Part shown: positions 9,239 through 17,612 of the stretch, piece after piece
How positions within the stretch are numbered: position 1 is the stretch's first letter
How the letters are laid out: the number at the start of each line of letters is the position of its first letter
From: an uncultured Erysipelotrichaceae bacterium
Lineage (GTDB): Bacteria > Bacillota_I > Bacilli_A > RF39 > UBA660
Assembly: GCA_902783985.1 (NCBI GenBank)
Contig: CACZTI010000061.1
Location: 1 to 47,561 of the forward strand
Reading direction: 5' to 3'
DNA: 47,561 bases
Made by a program: the position numbers and the translations under genes
The notes under the pieces: model-generated
The model's database searches: none
What the model was told of the DNA's origin: nothing
The model's input: the letters and a program-made list of their open reading frames with translations, nothing else

Positions 9239-10126
9239 ATGAAAGATACAATAAGTGATTATTTAGACTATATAACTTTAGAAAAAGGATTAACTGATAA
9301 TACTCGTGAAAGTTATGCCTTTGATTTAGCATGTTTTTGTAATAAATTTAATAATTATAAAATTAATCAAATTACAGAAAATGATTTAGTAAACTATCTC
9401 AAGTATTTAAAAGATGAAAAGAAATTATCTTCAAGAAGTATTGAAAGACACTTAACAACTTTAAGAGGCTTTTATAAGTATTTAAAAAAAATGAATATTA
9501 TTAATGAAGATATAACTAGTAATATTGATAATTTAAAGTTAGAAAAAAAATTACCAACTACCTTAGATTTAGAAGAAATAAATACTCTTATGAATATAAA
9601 ACTTGATACACCATTTAATATAAGAACCAAAGCTATGCTAGAACTTATGTATTCATCAGGATTAAGAGTATCAGAATTAGTTAGTTTGACAATAAATGAT
9701 ATTGATTTATATAATGATACCATTATTGTTAATGGTAAAGGAAGAAAAGAAAGAATAGTACCAATTGGTGCTGTTGCTAAAGAATCCTTAATTAACTATT
9801 TAAACTGTAGAAATGCTTTATTAAAAAGAAAAAAAGGTAATCCCAATGAATTATTTTTAAATAATCATGGTCTTGCAATAACAAGGAATGGTTTTAATTA
9901 TCTTTTAAATAATATTTTAAAAGAGAAGGGGATAGAGAAGAAAGTATCTCCCCATACACTTAGACATTCTTTTGCCACCCATATGCTTGATAATGGTGCA
10001 GATTTAAGAACTATTCAAGAATTGCTAGGGCACACTGATATTGTAACAACTAGAATATATACTCATGTATCAAAAAAACAAATTCAAGATAATTATAATA
10101 AATATGAAAATAGAGGTGAAAAATAA
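9239..10126 (+). CDS. xerD: Tyrosine recombinase XerD (RipX-type)
   Basis: LRHSFATHMLDNGADLRTIQELLGHTDIVTTRIYTHV catalytic region. The xerD-deoB neighbourhood matches the Bacillus ripX-drm arrangement. Confidence 0.85.
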   Translation: MKDTISDYLDYITLEKGLTDNTRESYAFDLACFCNKFNNYKINQITENDLVNYLKYLKDEKKLSSRSIERHLTTLRGFYKYLKKMNIINEDITSNIDNLKLEKKLPTTLDLEEINTLMNIKLDTPFNIRTKAMLELMYSSGLRVSELVSLTINDIDLYNDTIIVNGKGRKERIVPIGAVAKESLINYLNCRNALLKRKKGNPNELFLNNHGLAITRNGFNYLLNNILKEKGIEKKVSPHTLRHSFATHMLDNGADLRTIQELLGHTDIVTTRIYTHVSKKQIQDNYNKYENRGEK

Positions 10127-11289
10127 TGAAATTTAAAAGAATATTTCTAATCGTTTTAGATTCTATTGGTGTAGGAGCTAGTATTGATGCAGAAAAATAT
10201 AATGATAATAATGCCAATACCTTATCTCATTTAATTTCCCAAACAGATATTTTTATTCCTAATTTAAGGAAAATGGGCTTTATCAATACAATAACTATGG
10301 ATAATCAAGAAGCAGATGCATATTATACCATTGCTGAACCTAAAAACGATGGTAAAGATTGTGTTAGTACTCACTATGAAATGATGGGCATAACACCAAA
10401 TAAACCATTTGTAACATTTAACTATGGTCCTTTTCCAAGAGATTTATTGGAAAAAATTGCTAGTGTTACCAAAAAACCAATAGTTGGTAATATTATAAGC
10501 GATGCTTTAGGAGCAATAAATAGATTATATAAAAGACAAAGAGAAACTAATTCATTAATTATATATACAACAGGTGATTCTAATTTAGAAGTAGCTGCTG
10601 ATGAAGATATCATTTCTTTAAATGATCTATACATGTATTGTGAACAAATAAGAGATATTACTAAAAATGATAAATGGCAAGTAGCATCTATTGTTGCAAG
10701 ACCATTTAAAAATATTGATAATCAAATTGTCTTAACCGAAGATGCAAAATTATTTACTATTTCCCCTAATAATAAATCGGTTTTAGAATCTCTAAAAAAT
10801 AATAATTATCAAACAATATCAATTGGTAAAATCAATGATTTATTTAATGGAGTAGGGATAAACAAAATTATTAAATCGTCTTCAAATACTGAAGGTATAA
10901 ATAAACTATTGGATATAATGAATAAAAATTTTGAAGGATTATGCTATGTTAATTTAACTGATTTTGATTATTTATATGGTGCATCAAGAAATATTGATGG
11001 ATATAAAAAAGCACTAGAAGAATTTGATGTTCAAATACCTCTAATTTTAAATGAATTAAATGTTGATGATTTATTAATAATAACCAGTGATCATGGAAAT
11101 GATGTAACATTAGAAAATTTTAATCATACAAGAGAAAATGTACCTGTATTGATATATTCAAGAAGTTTTATCGAAAGTGGTCAAATAGATATATTAAACA
11201 CTCTTGCTGATATTGGAGCTACTATAGCTGATAATTTTGATGTTGAAAAGCCATGGATTGGTAATAGTTTCCTAAATAAATTAAAATAA
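10126..11289 (+). CDS. deoB: Phosphopentomutase
   Basis: N-terminal RIFLIVLDSIGVG and the metal site ITSDHGND. Its start overlaps the xerD stop. Confidence 0.9.
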   Translation: MKFKRIFLIVLDSIGVGASIDAEKYNDNNANTLSHLISQTDIFIPNLRKMGFINTITMDNQEADAYYTIAEPKNDGKDCVSTHYEMMGITPNKPFVTFNYGPFPRDLLEKIASVTKKPIVGNIISDALGAINRLYKRQRETNSLIIYTTGDSNLEVAADEDIISLNDLYMYCEQIRDITKNDKWQVASIVARPFKNIDNQIVLTEDAKLFTISPNNKSVLESLKNNNYQTISIGKINDLFNGVGINKIIKSSSNTEGINKLLDIMNKNFEGLCYVNLTDFDYLYGASRNIDGYKKALEEFDVQIPLILNELNVDDLLIITSDHGNDVTLENFNHTRENVPVLIYSRSFIESGQIDILNTLADIGATIADNFDVEKPWIGNSFLNKLK

Positions 11290-11304
11290 TTGTAGCGGAT
11301 TTAC

Positions 11305-11340
11305 TTCCCCTACTTTTTAATTATCATAAAAAAGGGGAGG
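11305..11340 (+). other. GC-cored hairpin after deoB (atypical terminator?)
   Basis: CCCCTACTTTTT, 9-nt loop, AAAAAAGGGGAG. No U tract follows on either strand. Confidence 0.3.
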
Positions 11341-11450
11341 GAATAATAAATTAATATGAATACGGCTATATAATATTTAATCCAATATTTCATAAATTTA
11401 TTATTATCATATAACTATAATATTTATAATTAATAGAAAATAATATATCT

Positions 11451-11735
11451 AAAACGATTCGAGTTTTAAATAATTGAATAATCATCCATCTTAAATATCA
11501 TTAGAAATTTATAAACCGTTTTTAAAACGATTCGAGATATCAATAAACGGATGATTATCCATCTCAAAGAAGATTAATAAAACGCTCTGTGACGATTCGA
11601 GATATAAATAGATGAATATTTATCCATCTAAATGAAGAATATTAAATAGCATCAAGATATGATATTAAAAATAATAAATTAATGTAAAACGATTTGATAA
11701 CTTAAAACATGAACAATTATAGAACTCAAAATATA
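11451..11735 (+). repeat. Intergenic array of three 38-bp direct repeats plus one degenerate copy
   Basis: Cores lie at 11454-11491, 11527-11564 and 11592-11629. Each has ACGATTCGAG, then 20 variable nt, then ATCCATCT. Spacers are 35 and 27 bp. A degenerate ACGATTTGAT copy sits at 11689. An extremely AT-rich tract follows at 11700-11880. Confidence 0.7.
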
Positions 11736-11887
11736 TAAAAAGATATTCATATAGTTATTATTAATAAAATATCATTAAATAATAATATTATATTAATATA
11801 ATATAAAAATATCTAATTATTCTTTAAAATATATCGTTTCTTATAATATATATTATGTTAAGTTCTATAAAAATAAATAATGATAGA

Positions 11888-12151
11888 TTATCCTCTATCA
11901 TTATTTTTATAATTATTGTTTTTATAATTATTATTGTAGTAATAATATTTTTTCTTTTTCTTTTTTTTAATCAACTCATCAACAGTTTCAGTATCTTTAG
12001 ATTCATCATTTTGTGATCTTTTTTCATGTCTTTTTTGAAATTCTTCTTTTTTCATTTTTTTTATCGTTATAAAAGATCCTATTATTACTGAAATAGTTGC
12101 CGCAATAAGAAATGTAAAATTCCATGTATCTGTAAAAGCTTCTAGTATCAT
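11888..12151 (-). CDS. Small membrane protein with one N-terminal TM helix and a low-complexity K/Y/N tail
   Basis: 87-aa ORF immediately downstream of the XRE gene. The TM segment is FTFLIAATISVIIGSFITI. Confidence 0.45.
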   Translation of the reverse strand: MILEAFTDTWNFTFLIAATISVIIGSFITIKKMKKEEFQKRHEKRSQNDESKDTETVDELIKKKKKKKYYYYNNNYKNNNYKNNDRG

Positions 12152-12175
12152 ATTCCACCCACTCTACTCTCTTTT

Positions 12176-12943
12176 TTATACCTTTCTTGTTTGAATTTCA
12201 GCTATTTTCTCAAACACTTCTTTGGCATTTGTTTCCGTTATAGTTGTATATCCAAGTTCTTTTAACGCTTGCATTTTAACACTGTTTAACTCTTGTGTTC
12301 TTGATAATTTTTCTTCATGTCTTTGTTCTATATCTCTTACAAATTTTTCATGTTGATCTTTAACTTTTCTTGTGGAAGCTCCCCCATTGTTATACAATGT
12401 AAAACCACTATACATTATACTTTCAAATAATATTTGTTGATCTTCATTATATATAAATTCATGAGGATTTGTAAAGCCATACATTTTGGAAACAAAACCT
12501 AATAAATACTTTAATTCTTTACTTGTTTCCATACTTTGTAAGAAATGATAAAGATATACAAAAGTATTATATGTTTCTTTAGTTTTATCATCTTTTAATC
12601 TATCTTTTAATAATGTTGTAATATCACTTAAAACCTCAATTTCTTTTCTATTAAATCCTTTTAAATCACCAAAATTACCAGTTGATAAGGCAACTTTAAC
12701 TCCTTCATTTAACTTATTATCAATTTTAATTATGAAATCACCATCAACAACTATATTATTAAGTTCTTCTGAATTTTTAATATCTAATAATTGCATTAAT
12801 CTTGTAGCTTTTTCACTTGGCCATTCATCTAAATTTTCACATGCTAAATAGTTGTATAGCATTTGTCTAGATACTCCCAAATATTTTGCAAGTCTAACTT
12901 TTGATACTCCTAATTCTTGTAATATATCATTTATTTTGCTCAT
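12176..12943 (-). CDS. XRE-family helix-turn-helix protein with an uncharacterised 190-aa C-terminal domain
   Basis: N-terminal LGVSKVRLAKYLGVSRQMLYNYL HTH motif. RBS GGAGGG lies upstream. Confidence 0.75.
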   Translation of the reverse strand: MSKINDILQELGVSKVRLAKYLGVSRQMLYNYLACENLDEWPSEKATRLMQLLDIKNSEELNNIVVDGDFIIKIDNKLNEGVKVALSTGNFGDLKGFNRKEIEVLSDITTLLKDRLKDDKTKETYNTFVYLYHFLQSMETSKELKYLLGFVSKMYGFTNPHEFIYNEDQQILFESIMYSGFTLYNNGGASTRKVKDQHEKFVRDIEQRHEEKLSRTQELNSVKMQALKELGYTTITETNAKEVFEKIAEIQTRKV

Positions 12944-12963
12944 TAATAGCCCTCCTATAATTT

Positions 12964-13003
12964 ATTTTAGCATTAATTATTTTTTTGTCAATATCTATGA
13001 CAA
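12964..13003 (-). promoter_or_regulatory. Promoter of the XRE gene with an overlapping palindromic operator
   Basis: Minus strand: TTGACA (12991-12986), 16-nt spacer, TAAAAT (12969-12964). The perfect palindrome TTGTCA-N7-TGACAA at 12985-13003 covers the -35. Confidence 0.6.
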
Positions 13004-13018
13004 TTTTTGTAAAGCATT

Positions 13019-14125
13019 TTATAACAAATACCATAATTTTTCATCATTAAATCTTACTTCTTTTATAATACCGCCACCTATACATTTATCATCTACATAG
13101 AACACACATGCCTGTCCAGGAGTAACAGCTTTAGCGCCATCATACCTAACAATTATTTCTCCATTATCTAAATACTCTAATTTAACATCTATATCTTTTT
13201 GACGATATCTAAATTTAGCAGTACATTTATTAGGTCTTAATTCACAATTAAAATTAATATTATCTACTAAACAACTGTTTGATATTAAATAATGATTATC
13301 ATCTTTAAAACAAACATATAAAATATTTTTATCTAAATTTTTTCCCACAACAAACATTTTATCTTTATATCCACCAATGTTTAATCCTTTTCTTTGACCA
13401 ATAGTATAGTACATTAATCCCAAATGCTCCCCTACTTTTTCATTGGTATCAATATCAATAACATCACCAGGTTTATTTGGAAGATAATTTTCCAAGAACT
13501 TTTTAAAATTACGTTCTCCAATAAAACATATTCCCGTTGAATCTTTCTTCTTTGCAGTTACTAAACCATATTTTAAGGCTATATCACGAACTTCACTTTT
13601 AACCATATCCCCTACAGGAAATAATACATTTGCAAGTTGTTCTTTAGTTAATTGACTTAAAAAATAAGTTTGATCTTTATTATCATCAATACCTCTTAAT
13701 AAATAGCCATCTTTTATTCTGGCATAATGACCTGTTGCTATATAATCTGCCCCTAATCTTTTAGCTTCTTTTATAAAATAATCAAATTTAATATATTTAT
13801 TACACATAATATCAGGATTAGGAGTTCTTCCATTTTTTAATTCATCCAAAAAATATGTAAATACATAATCCCAGTATTCTTTAACAAAATCAATTCGATG
13901 TAATGGAATTCCAATTTTGTCGCATACAGCTTTTGCATCATTATAATCTTCTTCTTGAGGACATATATCATTATTTAAATTAGGATTACCTAAAAAATCA
14001 TTATTTATTGTACTATCCCAATTTCTCATAAATAACCCAATAACTTCATATCCCGCTTCTTTTAATAATATGGCAGCAACAGAGGAATCTACTCCACCAC
14101 TCATTCCAATAACAACTTTTTTCAT
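13019..14125 (-). CDS. mnmA: tRNA 2-thiouridine(34) synthase
   Basis: [38 protein letters not shown]-loop and full-length MnmA architecture. Confidence 0.95.
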   Translation of the reverse strand: MKKVVIGMSGGVDSSVAAILLKEAGYEVIGLFMRNWDSTINNDFLGNPNLNNDICPQEEDYNDAKAVCDKIGIPLHRIDFVKEYWDYVFTYFLDELKNGRTPNPDIMCNKYIKFDYFIKEAKRLGADYIATGHYARIKDGYLLRGIDDNKDQTYFLSQLTKEQLANVLFPVGDMVKSEVRDIALKYGLVTAKKKDSTGICFIGERNFKKFLENYLPNKPGDVIDIDTNEKVGEHLGLMYYTIGQRKGLNIGGYKDKMFVVGKNLDKNILYVCFKDDNHYLISNSCLVDNINFNCELRPNKCTAKFRYRQKDIDVKLEYLDNGEIIVRYDGAKAVTPGQACVFYVDDKCIGGGIIKEVRFNDEKLWYLL

Positions 14126-14162
14126 ATCTCACCAACCAATGCATATTGTACCATAAAATGAA

Positions 14163-14202
14163 TAAAAAAAAACAAAAAATAATAAATATTTATTATTTTT
14201 TT
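14163..14202 (-). terminator. Rho-independent terminator after the spoIIM-like gene
   Basis: Palindrome AATAATAAAT/ATTTATTATT (14175-14202) followed on the minus strand by a long T run. Confidence 0.6.
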
Positions 14203-14225
14203 AATAACAATAAATCGTAAAATCA

Positions 14226-14825
14226 TTATTTAATTAAAAAACTAAATAATTTAATGGTAAATGGTGTAATAAATGTTTCATAAACACTACTTAATAATAA
14301 TAGTATAAGAGAAATTCCTGCTAATTTAAAATAATTTTTTATAATATTAGCAAATTGATATTCTTTTTTCTTAAATAAAACATTATATAATTTAATAGAA
14401 AAATCATTAGCTCTTGATATCATCACTGCATAAATTAAAATATTAAATATCATTATTGGAAAAACATAGATAAATCCTAGTATTATTCCACGATATAAAT
14501 AAATATTAATAATTGAACCAAAAGAAAAGCCAAGAATAAAACTTTTTAAAAATAAAATAAAGTTATTAAACAATAAACCGATAATTGATAAACCAAAAAC
14601 AACAATTAATATTAAATAAATAATATTATTTTTTATACTAACAAATAAATTCCTACCATAATCTATCATAATATCATTTTTCAGATTATTAAAATAAGAT
14701 GATATTTTTTCAAATACAATTTTTTGATCAGAACTTGATAATATATTTGCAAAAAGAAAACCCATAATAATACCAATTATTATAATTATTAATAAAAATA
14801 AATATTTCTTTTTTAGTTTATCCAT
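14226..14825 (-). CDS. SpoIIM-like integral membrane protein (stage II sporulation protein M family)
   Basis: 199 aa, with an N-terminal TM helix followed by a soluble stretch and 4-5 more TM helices, as in SpoIIM. Called on architecture only. Confidence 0.5.
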   Translation of the reverse strand: MDKLKKKYLFLLIIIIIGIIMGFLFANILSSSDQKIVFEKISSYFNNLKNDIMIDYGRNLFVSIKNNIIYLILIVVFGLSIIGLLFNNFILFLKSFILGFSFGSIINIYLYRGIILGFIYVFPIMIFNILIYAVMISRANDFSIKLYNVLFKKKEYQFANIIKNYFKLAGISLILLLLSSVYETFITPFTIKLFSFLIK

Positions 14826-14896
14826 TATTTCACCATTAAATATTATTATAATAATTCAAGTAATATGAAAAAAATAATATGACATAATATATCATA

Positions 14897-16351
14897 TTAT
14901 TTATTATCTTTTAAATACTCAGAAATTTTCTTTTTAGCATGAGTGGTTTCAGCCATTGATATCCATGATGTTCTATCAACAAAAACTGTTTTATCACATA
15001 TAATTCTTACTCGATCATTATTTTGTAATTTATAATCAAATGGTACCATCTTTTCATTTACTACTGCAGCAATCATAGTATTACCAATATCTGAATGTAT
15101 TTTATAAGCAAAATCAATTGGTGTAGCATTATATGGAAGTTCAAGTACTTCTCCACTTGTTGTTCTTACATAAACATTTCTTGAAAATAATTCCTCTTTA
15201 ACTCTTCTTACAAATTCGATATTATCTACTATTGTTGAATCTAATTCTTCAATAGATTTAAAAAATTGAAAATTATTCTCTAAATCATTTTGCATAACTT
15301 CTTTAGCAAGAGATTTATTTTTAAACCAATATGATGTTAAACCATATTCAGCAACTTTATCCATTTCTTTTGTTCTAATTTGAAATTGAACTAATCGATC
15401 ATTTTGTCCAAAAACAGTTGTATGAAGAGCTTTATACATGTTAGTTTTTGGTTTTACAATATAATCTTTAAATTTATAGTTAAGTGGAATATACATATTA
15501 TGAATAATCATTAAAGTTAAATAACAGTCACGAATATTTTTAACAATAATTTCAATACCTAATAAATCATGAATATTATTAAGTTCCATTCCATTAGTTA
15601 TCATTTTTTTATAGACACTATAAATATCTTTATATCTTATTCTTAATTGACATTTAATTCCTTCAGAATTTAATTTTTTCTTTGTATCATTTATCATTTT
15701 GTTTAGCATTTTTTTGTTACCATTATAAATATTAGATAATTTATTTGATAAATCTTGATATTCTTGTGGTTTTAGATACATAAAACTAATGTTTTCTAAC
15801 TCACTTTTAATTTTGTAAGCACCAATATAATAAGCAAGAGGAACATATATTTCTAATGTTTGAAGAGCAATTTCTCTTCTTCTTTCTTCTTTTTTATATT
15901 CAATGGTTCGCATATTATGAAGTCTATCAACTAATTTTATAATTACTATTCTTGCATCTTCTCTAATACTAACAATGATTCTTCGAATATTACTGGCTTG
16001 AAATTCATCTTGATTATTAAAATTTAAATGAGTAAGTTTGGTAACTCCATCAACAAGATAGGCAATTTCATGATTGAAATTTTTTTCAATATCTTGATAT
16101 GTTACTTTCGTATCTTCAATAATATCATGTAATAATGCCGCACAAATAACTGATGATTCTGCTTTCATTTCAGATAAAATATAGGCTACAGTAAGAGGAT
16201 GAACAATATAATCTTCCCCACTTTCTCTTTTTTGACCACTATGATATTTTTTAGCAAAATTATAAGCTTTTAAAATAATAGGCCAATCCTTTTTCATATA
16301 AGTATTAACTTTATTTTTTAATAATTCAACTGTAACAACATTATTCATCAT
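14897..16351 (-). CDS. rel: Bifunctional (p)ppGpp synthetase/hydrolase Rel, short form ending just after the TGS domain
   Basis: HD hydrolase region (HSGQKRESGEDYIVHPL, LLHDIIEDT), synthetase region (YKALHTTV, QIRT) and TGS domain (VYVRTTSGEVLELPYNATPIDFAYKIHSDIG). Only 484 aa. Confidence 0.85.
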   Translation of the reverse strand: MMNNVVTVELLKNKVNTYMKKDWPIILKAYNFAKKYHSGQKRESGEDYIVHPLTVAYILSEMKAESSVICAALLHDIIEDTKVTYQDIEKNFNHEIAYLVDGVTKLTHLNFNNQDEFQASNIRRIIVSIREDARIVIIKLVDRLHNMRTIEYKKEERRREIALQTLEIYVPLAYYIGAYKIKSELENISFMYLKPQEYQDLSNKLSNIYNGNKKMLNKMINDTKKKLNSEGIKCQLRIRYKDIYSVYKKMITNGMELNNIHDLLGIEIIVKNIRDCYLTLMIIHNMYIPLNYKFKDYIVKPKTNMYKALHTTVFGQNDRLVQFQIRTKEMDKVAEYGLTSYWFKNKSLAKEVMQNDLENNFQFFKSIEELDSTIVDNIEFVRRVKEELFSRNVYVRTTSGEVLELPYNATPIDFAYKIHSDIGNTMIAAVVNEKMVPFDYKLQNNDRVRIICDKTVFVDRTSWISMAETTHAKKKISEYLKDNK

Positions 16352-16433
16352 ACATCCACCTACTCTATATACAATATATTATAACTGAAAAAAAAATATT
16401 TATCAATAATTCCAAATAAAAAAAGTTAAAGGT

Positions 16434-17612
16434 TTATTTTTTAATACCTTTAACTCCCTTAATACCTTTATTATTAAAATCACTTAAGATATTTGTATCG
16501 AAAGAATAAGTTTTACTTTGTTTATTTTTATAATCTTTAATACCTATATTTAAAATATCTTCTAATAATTCTTGATATTCTTTATCAGTTTTATTCCATA
16601 AATAAAATGATAATGATCCAGGAATGCTATTAATTTCATTTGCATAAACTTTATTATTTTTGGTATCAACTAAGAAGTCAATTCTAACAACTCCAGATGA
16701 ATTTAAAGCTTTAAATGCTTTTATAGCAATATCGCCAACTTCTTTTTCAAGTTTTTCATCAATATTAGCTGGTATAATTCTTTTAGCAGATGCCATACCT
16801 TTGCCTTCTTTTCCTCCACCTTTATATTTATCATCATAAGACAAAAAGTTATTTTTACCACCAACTTCTTCAATAACACTTAATTGTTGTTTTTGATAGT
16901 TTCCTAAAACACTAATATTTAATTCTTTTAAATTTTCAACTACTTCTTCAACTAAAATTTTTGTATCATAGTTAATAGCATCAGAAATAGCTTCTGTAAG
17001 TTCAACACTATTATGAGCAATAGCAATTCCTACACTACTTCCAAGTCTTGCTGGTTTAACAATTAATGGATATCCCATTTTCTCTAATCTTTCAATTATT
17101 TTATCAGGATTTTTATTATAATCAGTATCAAAGAACCAATCATATTTTACTGTAGGTACACCACAAGAATTCCAAATTTGTTTCATAAACACTTTATCTT
17201 GTCCTACAACAGAAGCATAAGTATCACTTTCGCAAAAAGGAATTCCTACTGTTTCTAAATATCCTTGTAAATTACCATCTTCTCCTTTTGTTCCATGCAT
17301 AATAGGAAGAACTAAATCAACAGTAGTAATATCTTTTCTTAATAATCCTCTTTTAGATTGAAGAATAAATTCATTATCTCTTTTATATAGAACAACTTCT
17401 TTTGCATATCTTTTCATTAAATCTAAATCATTAAAGATTTTAATATCTCGAAGCATCGCTCCAGAATACCATATCCCTTTTTTATCAATATAAATAGGAA
17501 TAATATCATATTTTTTAGTATCAATATTATTCATCGCTTGAATTGCAGTAATGATACTAACCTCATGTTCAACAGAACATCCTCCAAAAATAACCGCTAA
17601 TTTAATTTTCAT
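16434..17612 (-). CDS. ddl: D-alanine--D-alanine ligase
   Basis: KIKLAVIFGGCSVEHEVSIITA, ATP-grasp core, C-terminal NEINSIPG. Its start overlaps the murF stop (ATGA). Confidence 0.9.
   Translation of the reverse strand: MKIKLAVIFGGCSVEHEVSIITAIQAMNNIDTKKYDIIPIYIDKKGIWYSGAMLRDIKIFNDLDLMKRYAKEVVLYKRDNEFILQSKRGLLRKDITTVDLVLPIMHGTKGEDGNLQGYLETVGIPFCESDTYASVVGQDKVFMKQIWNSCGVPTVKYDWFFDTDYNKNPDKIIERLEKMGYPLIVKPARLGSSVGIAIAHNSVELTEAISDAINYDTKILVEEVVENLKELNISVLGNYQKQQLSVIEEVGGKNNFLSYDDKYKGGGKEGKGMASAKRIIPANIDEKLEKEVGDIAIKAFKALNSSGVVRIDFLVDTKNNKVYANEINSIPGSLSFYLWNKTDKEYQELLEDILNIGIKDYKNKQSKTYSFDTNILSDFNNKGIKGVKGIKK

Noticed and set aside
11484-11629. The TTATCCATC elements in the repeats considered as a DnaA-box cluster or replication origin.
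   Set aside because: They match the TTATCCACA consensus at only 7 of 9 positions, and the mismatches fall in the critical 3' half. Only two such copies are present, and no dnaA or dnaN is nearby. It remains a remote possibility and is not called.
11451-11735. The intergenic repeat array considered as a CRISPR array.
   Set aside because: There are only three good units. The repeats are conserved only at their ends. The spacers (27 and 35 bp) are separated by units with variable interiors. There are no cas genes and no leader-like organisation.
9239-12943. xerD plus the XRE gene and repeats considered as an integrated mobile element.
   Set aside because: xerD sits in its conserved housekeeping context, overlapping deoB. 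No att-like direct repeats, phage genes or conjugation genes are visible.
12852-13100. Short overlapping ORFs from the six-frame track: 12852-13100, 6214-6402, 8733-8972, 9472-9723, 10422-10634, 21663-21860, 35739-36008, 36868-37062, 40898-41089, 41253-41468, 41319-41525, 43145-43336 and 45450-45647.
   Set aside because: All lie antisense to or inside strongly supported conserved genes. They lack RBSs and have low-complexity translations.
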